A stretch of DNA of 64,000 nt from Raillietiella orientalis (lineage: Eukaryota): positions 1 through 64,000 of the forward strand of contig JAYWIR010000143.1 in assembly GCA_036172245.1 (NCBI GenBank), in the 5' to 3' direction. Below are positions 1-11,893 of the stretch, piece after piece (position 1 is the stretch's first letter; each line of letters starts with the position of its first letter). The notes under the pieces are model-generated. The model was given only the letters and a program-made list of their open reading frames with translations, made no database searches and was not told the DNA's origin. The translations under genes and the position numbers were made by a program.

Positions 1-54
1 CGCGTCCACCCTGGAGCACGCAAAGCATTCGAAGGTGTATACCAGGAAGTCCTC

Positions 55-1990
55 TTGGAGCTCCTGGGTCGCATGGGCTTCCCACCCTCCCTGATTTCCT
101 ACCTGCGCTCTTGCTGGCGGAATGCGATGATTACCATCTCTTTCAGTGGACACAAGGTGTATGGCGTGCCGGTGCGGCGGGGCATAAGGGAGGTAGATAG
201 CCTCAGCCCCCTGCTCTTCAGCACCTACTTTGAGCTGGTGCTGAGAGCGTACAGGGTGACTTTGGCCCCATTGCCGAGCTCGTGCCCCGGCACGCCCGCC
301 GTAGCAGCGTACGCCGACGATCTTCTGCTCTTGTTGCCAATGTCCACCCCGGCAAAGGCGGTCGGAGACTTCTTCGATCTGCTCAGCCGCGGGACCGGAC
401 TGCAGGTTAACAGGGCGAAGTCGTCGGTTGTGCCAATAGGTGCGGCGTGGGCAGGGCAGCAGGTCTGGTTACGTCTGGGGATCCACACCGCGAGGTGCTT
501 CAAGTACCTTGGTGTGCCGTTCGGGGACTACTCCAATCTGGTTACGTCTGGGGATCCACACAGCGTGGTGCTTCAAGTACCTTGGTGTGCCGTTCGGGGA
601 CTACTCTCCTGCGGAAGCGTGGTCCAGCTGCCTCCAAAAAGTCGAGACGGCGATCGGCCCGTTCCTGGAAGGCAAGTTTCAGTTGCCGGAACGGGTCGCG
701 GTTTGGAAAGCTTTCGCGGCCCCCATCCTCCGCCCCTTGCTTTTTGTCTGCCCCCCCACCGTGGAATCCAAGAAGTGGACAAAGGACCTCCTCCGTATCG
801 CCCTTTGGGGCAAGGGGAGGCCCCGAGTTGCTCTGAAGGACTTGCGCGCTCCGCGTCAAGATGGCGGTCTTGGCCTCCTGACGCTGGAGCGCGTGGAGAA
901 GCAGCTGCGGTGGCGAACCCTCGCCATCGCAGCGAAGATGTGGAGCACCCCTTGGTGCACTTAGGCCCGCCTCCTGGCCAGCCGTGTGTCCCGGTGCGAT
1001 AGACTCGCGTCTTTTCTTCTGAGCCGTGGCCGGAAGATGCGAAGATGCGGCCTACTGCTCGGGCGCATAGCAACATTGGCCAAAGAGAACAGCTGCATGG
1101 TTTGCTGCCCCGCCAACTCCCCCGCCTGGCTGGAGGAGAATATTGGAACGTGGGCAGCGGTTAACCAGAGGAGCCACGAAACGTGGAATCGTCTCCGATG
1201 CAGCCCCTACGCCCGCTGCACGCTGCGGAATCTCCTGGAGAGTCCAGCAAGATGCACGTGGGCAGAGACGACCTGCCTAGCTACGGCGCTGCCCTTCCTG
1301 AGGAGGGCACTTCACAGCAGCCGGACGCCAAGGTGTCAAGTCTCCTGCTGCATCGAGGGACGCGAGAAGTTGATCAGCGGCTGGACAACAGGAGAACTGG
1401 CCTACGCCACGACCCCGAGCGTCCAGCCGCGAGGATTATTAAGATGGGGCGAGCTGCTCGCCATCCCCAGGGATCAGCTGAAGTGGCCCCCGGTGATGAA
1501 GGAGTCCAGGATCCTGCCCCTGAAGTGGCAAGAGTCGGCGTTGCTTTTGTTGCACTGGGGTCTACCCTGCAACGCGCGCCGCTTCCACTGGACGAGGGGA
1601 GCTGTGGATCCTGCGTGTGCCAGGTGCGAGGAGCGGGAGTCGCTTCTCCACCTTATTATGGATTGTGCTGCCCTCCGACCCCTTTGGGAACGGTTCGGGA
1701 CGACCCTCGGGCTCCCTACAGGGAGCACTCCCAGAGACGTTCTTCGGCCCTTCTTCGTGAAGGACGCACTGCAGCCCGCCGCAGCCATCGCAGCCTTGAG
1801 CTGCGTCCGTGGCATCGTGGCGGCATGGAGCGATGCCAACAACGAAGGAGTGGGTTCACCGGCGAGGGATGTCATCCCGTATGCCCAACGCTTCTTGCGA
1901 AGAGCTGCCGGATGGCCCCAACTGGGGAATATGCAGACAGACCTCGAGGGCTTCGTTCGACGGATGGGCCCTCCCCACAGCGACCAGTGA
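55..1990 (+). pseudogene. ORF2 fragment of A (RT C-terminal half + Cys/His finger), disrupted
   Basis: ORFs 55..1002, 440..964 and 986..1990 join into one ORF2; frameshift from a 73-bp duplication; in-frame TAG at 962-964. Confidence 0.88.
464..606 (+). repeat. 73-bp-period tandem duplication inside the RT
   Basis: tctggttacgtctggggatccacac...ggggactactc at 464-533 and 537-606, two mismatches. Confidence 0.95.
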
Positions 1991-2197
1991 TCCCTTCCCT
2001 GCCCTCCAACTTCTTTTTGTTTGTTTCTTTTTATCTTTTTCTTTTTGTCTTATCCCCATCCCCCTTCGCTGTCGGGGAGTGCCACGCCGGGCTGCGTCCC
2101 GGTGTCCCGACAGGTCGTGTGTTTACGGCCGTGGTGGGGCCTTGTACCACGCAGGTAGAGTTTATTAATAAACGCCCCTGGCGTACCCGGGTGATAA

Positions 2198-2709
2198 CGC
2201 TGAATCCCTTGGCGAGTGGACGTGGTTTTCCTCCGCTCCCGAGTGAGTCGACAGGAAGCGGTTTTTTCTTGGTGTGTGTTCGTGTGGAACATCGTTGGTG
2301 TCCGATGGCAGCGATGCCTGAGGACACCAACGATGAGACAGGCGTGCTCTGCTTAACAGTCCCACGAGAGGGAAGTCATCCAGCACGCAGTACTATTCTT
2401 GCGGAGAGCTGCCCGATGGCCCCATCTGGGAAGTATGCGGACAGACCTCGAGGGCTTCCTTCGAAGGATGGGCCCTCCTCACAGCTTCCGGTGATCCCCT
2501 CCCTACCCTCCACACTCTTTTTTTTTGGTTCATCTCTTTTATTTTTCTTTTTGTTTTTTCCGCATCCCCTTTCGCTGTCGGGGAGTGCCACACCGGGCTG
2601 CGTCCCGGTGTCCCGACAGGTTGCGTGTCTAAGGCCGCAGTGGGGCCTTATATCACGAATTATAGAGAGTTTTTTCTAAATAAACGCCCCGGGCGTACCC
2701 GGGTGGCAA
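2198..2709 (+). mobile_element. Mini non-autonomous LINE derivative K (5' UTR + 30-nt inverted ORF2 piece + 3' end)
   Basis: 2217-2335 resembles the 5' end of J (61797-61914); 2334-2363 is identical to 20520-20549; 2364-2709 is homologous to the 3' end of A (1861-2197). Confidence 0.8.
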
Positions 2710-3598
2710 CACCAAACCCGGCAGGCATGAGGTTCATAGGGAACTCGTCGCAAAACTCCCGGACCGAGCTCTTGTAGCGGTTCCAGTCCTGAAGCGTCTG
2801 CAAGCTGAAACCTCGTATGAATCCGCGGAGATGCTCCTCGGCTTCCGGAAGTTTCAGCCAGTCCCCCGGTAAGCGCCACGCAGATGACGGCGGACCCCTA
2901 TCTCGTGGGCGCACCTCGAGTACGATCTGGTCATGGTCCGACAGTTCCGAAGGTAACTTGCCGCGCCTGCCCACGCGTGAGCATAGGTGCTGGTTAAGAA
3001 ACACGTGATCTATGCTGTGGGCCATTTTCGGATCTCCCGCGAACAAGTTGCGCGTGTGCATCTCTGCGCACAGTTCGTTCACGCGGTCCCGAAGTGTGTC
3101 GGACGTACCTGACAGCAGGCGAAGGTTAAAGTCACCTGCGATTAGGATCGCTTTGCGCACTCCCACTTCGTACAGATATTCGCGCCTCAGGGTAAGAAAA
3201 AAATCTCTCCTTGCCTTTGTCCTTAGCGCGTCGCTGCCGCTTGGGGCGTACACGTTGGTAATGACCACATCGATATAGTCGGACCACCTGATGGTCAACT
3301 GACCGACGCGACCGGCACTATCGAACCGTACGCCCTTTGCCGCAGCCTCGACAGCTGGACGAAGCACGAACGCGACACCGCAAGATTTAACGGTGCCGCA
3401 ATGCCACATCAGCCGTCCACCCGAGATACGCTCGATTTCCGTTGCTTGGTCTGCGGAGATCACGTGGATCTCTTGCAGCAGCACCAGGTCGAACGATGCC
3501 AGGGTGGAGGTCACGTCTCGTCTCTTGCCGTCGTCGCTTAGCCCGTTGACGTTCCAACAAGCAATTCGCAGACGGCGGCAAGAGGCGATTCCCGGCAT
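2710..3598 (-). pseudogene. APE-type endonuclease domain of B ORF2, truncated by K
   Basis: WNVNGL, LLQEIH, NVYAP, AGDFN, IDHVF and SDHD motifs. Confidence 0.9.
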
Positions 3599-3985
3599 TA
3601 AGACTAGGAACGTGGCGTTGCAGCACCTGTCAAGGGACAGGTGCGAGGGACGAGTAAGGGGACTGCGGCCATCTCAGGCACTTGAAGCACCTGGAGCACA
3701 GCCTCTAACCTGTCTTTTCCTCCGGGGTCGCAGCGTGATGTTACCTCTCGAGGAGAGTCCCTGGAGTTCCCCACTTTCTTCGCACGCTCGCTTCCCTCAA
3801 TTATCTCTCCCTTTTCCACGAACGGGATAATTTTTCGGGTAGCCTTCTTCGGGCGACTGGCCTTCGGGTGGGAGGCTGCGATGCCGCAGGATATGTTTTC
3901 CGCCTCTGCGTCAGAGTTCGAAATCTCCGACTTCTTGACCGAGGTCGAACGCCTTAAGGCCCTTTACGCGGATTTGGGCGGATGC

Positions 3986-3999
3986 TGCAAGGACGCAGC
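3986..3999. repeat. Left copy of a degenerate 14-bp TSD of the C array (right copy 35294-35307)
   Basis: tgcaaggacgcagc vs tgcaacgacgctgc, 12/14 identical; the flanks rejoin into one minus-strand ORF1 (..KKC[S/C]V[V/L]AASAQIRVK..). Confidence 0.7.
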
Positions 4000-4053
4000 G
4001 AGCTCCTCCGCTGCTCGCTCCAAGGAGACGTCGTCGAGCATGCGTTCGACGAC
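4000..4053 (+). mobile_element. Extreme 5' tip of a C-family leader (probably of C3, separated by the C1/C2 insertions)
   Basis: cgctccaaggagacgtcgtc..gacgac matches 59658-59695 of C4, where it continues into sequence found at 15663 onward. Confidence 0.65.
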
Positions 4054-4142
4054 AACGCTGGCACGGACGTGTTCTGTGTTGCTCCACGAGCGTGATTCCT
4101 TTCCGTCTTCTTGTGTGTGGTGTGCCCGGGTCGTCCACTGGG

Positions 4143-6086
4143 ATGTCCACGGAGCCCCTGCAGCAAAAGATGGATGTGGAGGCTGCTACTGGCAGTGGAG
4201 ACTCTACTCCAGATGTCCGGTCCGCCTCTGATTCTTGTGTCTCACCATCGGCGAGAAGCTTCGCCGCCGTCGTCAAGGCGGCGGCAGCCAGCGGAGCAAC
4301 GCCCGACGAAGCGGAGCTGCAGGCATATGCAGCCCATGGCTACAAGCCTGCGCTCTGCTATCCGGTGAGTGCTGCGATCTCCGACGGGGTCGGAGAAAAT
4401 TTCTGGGACGAGCTTTTGCGCGTCAGGGTCCGACAGGACGACCTCCTGGCCGTCATGACGGTTAACGCGCTCGGACACTGGGAGGTGCACTGCAAAGAGG
4501 CATCCCTAGTCCAGCGCCTTCTCCGCACCCCGCTAAATATCCGCGGGAAAAAGGTCGTCCCGTCGGCCATGGACCAGTCGTTCGTGGTCCGATTATCCGC
4601 CGTCCAGGTGGACACGCCCGATCGCGTGCTCGTTGCTGCACTAAGTGCATTCGCCAAGGTGCACGCGCTGTGGAAAGCCGAAAATCCGATCAAAAGGATT
4701 GCATCTCTCCACAGCGGACTTGCCATGGCGCGTGTCACCATGGCGGATAGGAGGCAAATGCCTCCGCACTTGCAGGTGGGCGATGCGATCGTCCACCTTA
4801 AATTTGCCGGTCAGCGACCGGCTTGCGGCATTTGCGGTGCCGAGGGCCACCGTCCGTGGACGTGCCCTTCACGCAACTGCCGCTATTGTAAACAGCTCGG
4901 CCATTCCATCAAAGAGTGCGCCGAGCTAAAGAGAAAGAGGCAGGAGAAAAGCCGCCAACAATCGACCGCGTCCGCGCCGAAAAGATCCCCCGTTGTGCCA
5001 CGGGAGAAATCGGGCGCGAAGGGCGGGGCATCTTCGAGTGGAGGTCCCGCGAAAAAGGGCGCTGTTGCTTCAGGAGAGCCACCATCCCAGACAACCGCGC
5101 AGACGGGAAAGATGCCACGTCGCCCTGGGGGCAAATCGCCATCTTCGAAGCAGCCTAAGAGTGCGAGCACGCACTCAATCAAGGCTGCTTAACCGTCCGC
5201 GTCCGCTTGCGCGTCCAGCGGAGCACACGCGAAACCGTGCGCGGGTACCCTCGGAGCTGCCTCTGAACGGCAGTCTCCTCCTACGGCGGTGGAGATCACG
5301 TCATCCACTCCGAAGGCACGGGCAGCGAAGGCTCCAATAGCGCCTCGCGGGACGACGGCAATGACCGCCGTTTCGCCCGCATCGGCTAAGGAGCAGGTGC
5401 AGTGCGTAACTGGGACGGAGCCGTCTACCGCCGCAAGCGCGAAACGTTAGCCGGCATCTCCGGCCAAACAATTGAGGGAGGCGTCGGCCTCCCTGGAGAG
5501 CGTCCCCGACGCGGGCTGGACTCGACTCTCCAGGACGCCCACAAAGGGGAAGAAGAAGGTTGACCCTTCAATATTCCCCATCCTTAAGGTGGGTGGGAGG
5601 CAAAAGAGAAGCACGCCGAAGAAGGTGCGTACCCAGGTACGCACTACACCTGCGTGCTCTGTCTATGTCGCTTCGCGCGAGAGGGCGGCTGCGGAAGCCA
5701 AAGCTCCGGAAGCTGCGTTGGCGACTGCGACGAACCCCGCGCTGGCAGGGCAAGCGTCCACCTGCCGAAACAAAAAGAGACTGGCAAAACGCCAGTCTCG
5801 CGCCAGGCACTCGGACTCCGAGGTGGAGTCCGAGTGCAAACAAATGGAGCGCGCATCCCGGGGAAAGCCGGTAGCGCGCCGGGCTAAACTGCGAAAGCAC
5901 GAGCCTGTTGCCGAAGGCGGTTCCGGCTCCTGCATGGAGACCGAGGCGATGATCCTCGGCTCCCAGGACTCAGCTGGGAGCGATGTGGCGGCGAACGGGA
6001 GCGATTCCGCTTCCCAATCCGCTCTCCTACCAGCTGACTTCTCGCCGGACGGGGGGAGGAGCACGCCGTCATGTCCGCAGCAGTGA
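4143..6086 (+). pseudogene. C1 ORF1, Gag-like nucleic-acid-binding protein (647 codons, two CCHC knuckles), two nonsense mutations
   Basis: CGICGAEGHRPWTC and CRYCKQLGHSIKEC; TAA 5190 and TAG 5448 are sense codons in C2/C3. Confidence 0.9.
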
Positions 6087-9000
6087 TGCGTGGACTCCCG
6101 TCCGCTCGCCGCGTCAGCGTGGCCTGTTGGAATGTCAACGGGCTACGTGATGCTGACAAAAGGCGGACGGTAGCCAACGCTTTGCGCGCGTTCGATCTGG
6201 TGCTGCTGCAGGAGATACATAGCATCTCCGTACGGCAGGCATCGGATCTGGAAGAGCGCGCGGGCGGGACGCTACACTGGCGGCAAGGCTCCGCGCACAC
6301 GTGCGGAGTCGCGTTCCTCGTCCGAGGCAGGGTGGCGGAGGCGGTGCGGGACGTTTCTTTCGACGAGGAAGGTCGTGTGGGCCAACTTGTCCTCAAGTGG
6401 TCCGAATCGATCGACCTGGTCGATACGAACATCTACGCGCCGAGCGGCGGCCGGCATTACGCCCAGCGACTTGCATTCCTGGGTGGCCTGCGCAGCCGCT
6501 GGCTCGCTGACTCCGGCCCTAAAGTGGCGCACCTCCTTGCAGGAGACTTCAACGTCCACCTGCTAACAGAGGAGAGATGCCGCTTGAGGGAGAAGCAACT
6601 GGTGAGCGAGGTATGCGCGTCCGTGCGCGTGCAAAACTTGCTTGCTGGTGAGCCCGGGATGGAGACATCGCCGGACCATGCGTTCCTCGATGAACACCTG
6701 CTCTCACGAGTAGGTCGGAGAGGGCGCCTGCTGTCCGTGATTTCGGATCATCCGAGACTGAAGTTCGAGCTCCTCCCGCCTGGCAAAGGGCCTCCGATGA
6801 ATGTCTGGAGGTTGCCGGCCGACTGGCTCAGCAATTCGGAGGCGGCGGAGCATCTCCTCCAACACCTCCGGGGCTTCGCCATTTGTGATCTCGAGGACTG
6901 CGACGATCTGAAAAGATCGGTCCGCGAGTTCTGCTGCCGGTTCCTCTTGCATCTGCTTTTCCGCGGCTTCGGGGAGGGTGTCGCGAAAAGCAGATCCTAT
7001 CTCAAGGCGCGTACCTTCTCTCGATGCCCGGACGTCCGGCGTCTGGCGGAGTACAAGGCCAGGGCCGAGCGCCAGGTTTGGCAGTCTGGAGCGGCTTGTC
7101 TGCTTGATGACGCTGGCCAGGAATGCTCGGCTGCAGCCGAAGTACACCGCGTAGTCAAGCGCTACTACTCCTCTTTGTACGTGGAGGAGCCCACGGAACG
7201 CAGTCTCTCCGAGCTGCTTCTTCCGACGGGCAACCCTGCTATCGACGAGAAGGAACGCGCCAGATTGAGTTGACCCTTCACGGCGGAAGAACTATCCTCT
7301 GCCATAGCGGGCCTGAAGAGGCGTAAGGCGCCTGGGGAGGATGGCCTGCCCGCGGAGTTCTTTCAGTGCTTCGCGGCGGAGCTCGTCCCCCTGGTGCTCA
7401 GCCTTTTCTCGCTGATGCGTGAGACGGGAGATGTTCCCGCTTCTTTCCGCTCAGCAAAGGTGCGGCTCCTGCCGAAAGGCGGTGATTTGCGCCACCTCAG
7501 CAACTGGCGTCCGATCACATCGGTGAATTCGGACGTCAAGTTGTTCTCCAGGCTATGGGTCGCGCGCCTGGGGAGAATCGCGAAGTCCTTGGTAAGTCCG
7601 GAGCAGACGTATGCTGTTCCGGGGCGGTCCATGGACGCGAATCTCTTCTTCGCGCGAACATGGCTCAAGTTGTAGCAGCGCGTGGCGCAGCAGAGCCAGG
7701 CAGCCGAAATCGCCGCTGCCAAAGGAAAGCGGCGGTGTTCAAGGCACGATGGAACGCCGGGAGCCTTAGCGGTAACCGTCGATCTCTGCAAAGCGTTCGA
7801 CAGCGTAAACCAGGACCTCCTTCTGGAGCTTCTGGGACGCCTAGGCCTCCCGACGCACCTCATCGCCTACTTGCGCTCCTGCTGGTGTCACGCGTTATGC
7901 TGTATCTCTTTCAGCGGGCGTCACGTGTACGATGTTCCCATACGCCGGGGTATCAGGCAGGGAGACAGCTTAAGCCCCCTGCTCTTCAGCATCTTTTTTG
8001 AGTTGGTGCTAAGGGCGTACAGGCTTACGCTGGCCGACCTGCCGAGCTCCTGCCCGGGAACACCAGCCGTGGCCGCCTCTGCTGACGACCTTCTCCTGCT
8101 GCTGCCCATGTCCACCCCGGCGTCCAGGCTCGAGGACTTCTTCGAGCTCATTCGTCGGGGAGCGGGCCTGAGCGTGAACAGGACGAAATCAACCGTTGTA
8201 CCGGTTGGCTCTACGTGGGAGAAGCAGTCCGACTGGATCCGCCTGGGGATCCCCACGGGCAGGTGCTTGAAGTACCTCGGCGTTCCCTTGGGCGCCTTCT
8301 GTCCAGCAGAAGCGTGGTCGGACTGCCTTCACAAGGCCGAGACTGCTCTGGGCCCGTTCGAAGGCGGCAGGTATCTCCTGTCGGAACAAGCCTTCGTGTG
8401 CAACATTTTCGTTGTCCCCCTCCTCCGTCCCCTCTTTTTTGTTTGTCCCCCTCCCTACTGGGCTAAGCGCCGGGCGCAACGCCTGTTGCGTAACGCCCTG
8501 TGGGGACCGGCGAGGTCCAGGATACGCCTGAAGGACTTGGCGGCTCCTCGGCGGGATGCAGGATTGGGCATCCTGACGCTGGAGCGGATCGGACTGCTAG
8601 TGCAGTTCCGCATGCTGGCGCTTTGGGCGCAGCTCTGGACTACTCCCTGGTGTGCTCCAGCGCGGCTGCTGCTGTAACGCTGCACGGGTGGCGACGGACT
8701 ACGTTCGTTGCATCTGCGCACGGAGCGCGCCCAGAGAGGATTCGGCTTCCCTTTGAAGCAGCTCGCCACGCTTCTGGGAAAGCATGAGTGGATCTCCTGC
8801 CGGCCGACGAACTTCAACGCCTGGAGGCAGGAAGCCTTATCGTCCTGGGCAGCGCAACAGGATGTGTCCCGTTTGGAACTCCGTTGCGTGAAACTTTCCC
8901 CATACTGTCCAGTGGGGGAGGTGCTGGAAGACCAGGACCAGTGGACACGCCTAGGCGCTACGCCACTCGCCGAAGCACTGTGTGCACTGATGGTGCGAGA

Positions 9001-9650
9001 TGACAGTGACCTGCCGGCGAGGTGGGAGATCACTTGCGAAATCGCAGGCGAAACCCGACTGCTGGGCGGCTGGAGGACTTGCGAAGTGGCAGACGCTGCC
9101 ACACCTCGCATTCTTGCAAAGGGGCTTCTCCGGTGGAGTGAGCTCCTCGGGGTGCCCACCGATGAACTTGTGGTCCCTTCTGCGTGTTTGGACACGACTC
9201 TCTTCCCCCTTCGGTGGAAGCAGGACGCTTTTCTGCTGGTGCATAGGGGTTTGTACTGCAACCAGCGGACGCACCTGATTTCCGGGGGAGTTGCGTCCCC
9301 GAACTGTGTCAAATGCGGAGCGGTGGAATCGTTTCCGCATTTGCTGTTTGAGTGCGGTGCCCTCCAGGGGCTGTGGCAGCGGCTGTCTTCAGCGCTCCTG
9401 TAGCTTGGACACAGCTCACTGGATTGGATGCGCCGCTTCTACATCCGTGGCGGACTTTCTCTTGAAGCGGTCGTCGCAATCATCTGCTGCGTCCGCGCCA
9501 TTGTCAGGGCCCGCCACGTATCGCAGATGCGAGGAGTCCCAACATCGGTCCCCCGACACCGCAGCCTGCAACCTGCAAATGGCTGCTGGGTGGCCACATC
9601 TTGGAGCAGAAGTGAGGACGGAGATCGGCGGCATTCACCGCCGGTTCTGA
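6086..9650 (+). pseudogene. C1 ORF2 (APE-RT-Cys/His finger), disrupted
   Basis: WNVNGL, GDFN, NWRPI, DLCKAFD, RQGDSLSP, YADD mutated to SADD, CVKCGAVESFPHLLFEC; stops at 7271, 7673, 8675 and 9401. Confidence 0.92.
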
Positions 9651-9950
9651 GAATAGGAACGGGTAGACAGTATACCCTTGTCCCCGCCCTCCCACTCAGT
9701 TTATTTATTTATTGTCCCAGCCCCTCCCGTTCCGAACTCTCAGTGTGCCCGGACTGCGTTTAGGGAAATCTACTCCCCATTTTCTGTTCCCCTTGCCTGG
9801 GAACACAGTTCCCAGTTGATATTATACTAAACGTCCCGGCGCAACCGGGTAATAAACGACAACGGCCGCACGGACGTGTTCTGTGTTGCTCCACGAGCGT
9901 GATTCGTTTCCGTCTTTTTGTGTGTGGTGTGCCCGAGTGCATCCACTGGG

Positions 9951-11893
9951 ATGTCCACGGAGCCCCTGCAGCAAAAGATGGATGTGGAGGCTGCTACTGG
10001 CAGTTGAGACTCTACTCCAGATGTCCGGTCCGCCTCTGATTCTTGTGTCTCGCCACCGGCGAGAAGCTTCGCCGCCGTCGTCAAGGCGGCGGCAGCCAAC
10101 GGAGCACCGCCCGACGAAGCGGAGCTGCAGGTATATGCAGCTCATGGCTACAAGCCTGCGCTCTGCTATCCGGTGAGTGCTGCGATCTCCGACGGGGTCG
10201 GGAAAACCTTTGGGATGAGCTTTTGAGCGTTGGGGTCCGACAGGACGACCTGCTGGCCGTCATGCCGGTAAACGCGCTCGGACACTGGGAGGTGCACTGC
10301 AAAGAGGCATCCCTAGTCCAGCGCCTTCTCCGAACCCCGCTAAATATCCGCGGGAAGGAGGTCGTCCCGTCGGCCATGGACCAGTCGTTCGTGGTCCGAA
10401 TGTCCGCCGTCCAGGTGGACACTTCCGATCGCGTGCTCGTCGCTGCACTTAATGCATTCGCCACGGTGCACGCGCTGTGGAGAGCAGACAATCCGATCAA
10501 AAGGATTGCATCTCTCAACAGCGGACTTGCCATGGCGCGTGTCACCATGGCGGATAGGAGGCAAATGCCTCCGCACTTGCAGGTGGGCGATGCGATCGTC
10601 CACCTTAAATTTGCCGGTCAGCGACCGGCTTGCGGCATTTGCGGTGCAGAGGGCCACCGTCCGTGGACGTGCCCTTCGCGCAACTGCCGCTATTGTAAAC
10701 AGCTCGGCCACTCCATCAAAGAGTGCGCCGAGCTGAAGAGAAAGCGGCAGGCGAAAAGCCGCCAACAATCGACCCCGTCCGCGCCGAAAAGATCCCCCGT
10801 TGTGCCACGGGAGAAATTGGGCGCGAAGGGCGGGGCATCTTCGAGTGGCGGTCCCGCGAAAAAGGGCGCGGTTGCTTTAGGGAAGCCACCATCCCAGACA
10901 GCCGCGCAGACGGGAAAGATGCCACGTCGCCCTGGGGGCAAATCGCCCCCTTCGAAGCAGCCTAAGAGTGCGGGCACGCACTCAATCAAGGCTGCTGAAC
11001 CGTCCGCGTCCGCTTGCGCGTCCAGCGGAGCACACGGGAAACCGTGCGCGGGTACCCTCGGAGCTGCCTCTGAACGGCAGTTTCCTCCTACGGCGGTGGA
11101 GATCACTTCATCCACGCCGAAGGCACGGGCAGCGAAGGCTGCAATAGCGCCTCGCGGGACGACGGCAATGACCGCCGTTTCGCCCGCATCGGCTAAGGAG
11201 CAGGTGCAGTGCGTAACGGGGACGGAGCCGTCTCCCGCCGCGAGCGCGAAACGTGATCCGGCATCTCCGGCCAAACAATTGAGGGAGGCGTCGGCCTCCC
11301 AGGAGGGCGTCCCCGACGCGGGTTGGACTCGAGTCTCCAGGACGCCCACAAAGGGGAAGAAGAAGGTTGACCCTTCAATATTCCCCATCCTTAAGGTGGG
11401 TGGGAGGCAAAAGAGAAGCACGGCGAAGAAGGTGCGTACCCAGGTACGCACTACGGCTGCGTGCTCTGTCTCTGTCGCTTCGCGCGAGAGAGCGGCTGCG
11501 GAAGCCAAAGCTCCGGAAGCTGCGTTGGCGACTGCGACAACTTCCTCGCGGGCAGGGCAAGCCTCCACCTGCCGAAACAAAAAGAGACTGGCAAAACGTC
11601 AGTCTCGCGCCAGGTACTCGGAATCCGAGGTGGAGTCCGAGTGCAAACAAATGGGGCGCGCATCCCGGGGTAAGCCGGTAGCGCGCCGGGCTAAAGTGCG
11701 AAAGCACGATCCTGTTGCCGGATGCGGTTCCGGTTCCTGCACGGAGACCGAGGCGATGATCCTCGGCTCTTAGGACTCAGCTGGGCGCGATGTGGCGGCG
11801 AAATGGAGCGATTCCGCTTCCCAATCCGCTCTCCTACCAGCTGACTTCTCGCCGGACTGGGCGAGGAGCACGCCGTCATGTCCGCAGCAGTGA
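9951..11893 (+). pseudogene. C2 ORF1, frameshift near 10200 and stop at 11771
   Basis: Homology to C1 ORF1 (ORF 10043..11773). Confidence 0.9.

Larger units (their letters stand above)
1..2197 (+). mobile_element. L1/Tx1-type LINE copy A: 3' half (RT to 3' end)
   Basis: RT motifs (RGIREVDSLSPLLF, YADD at 310-321, FKYLGV), C-terminal CARCEERESLLHLIMDC, T-rich 3' UTR, terminal aataaa-cgcccctggcgtacccgggtg at 2167-2193. Confidence 0.92.
2710..3999 (-). mobile_element. LINE B: ORF1 C-terminus + APE domain (continuation of H)
   Basis: ORF2 start MPGIASCRRLRIACWNVNGL at 3598; TAATG junction; frame and TSD continuity with 35294. Confidence 0.88.
4058..9855 (+). mobile_element. Near full-length LINE C1 (~5.8 kb)
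   Basis: 5' UTR, ORF1, ORF2, 3' UTR, terminal cccggcgcaaccggg hairpin; possible 9-bp TSD acgacaacg at 4049-4057 / 9856-9864. Confidence 0.95.
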
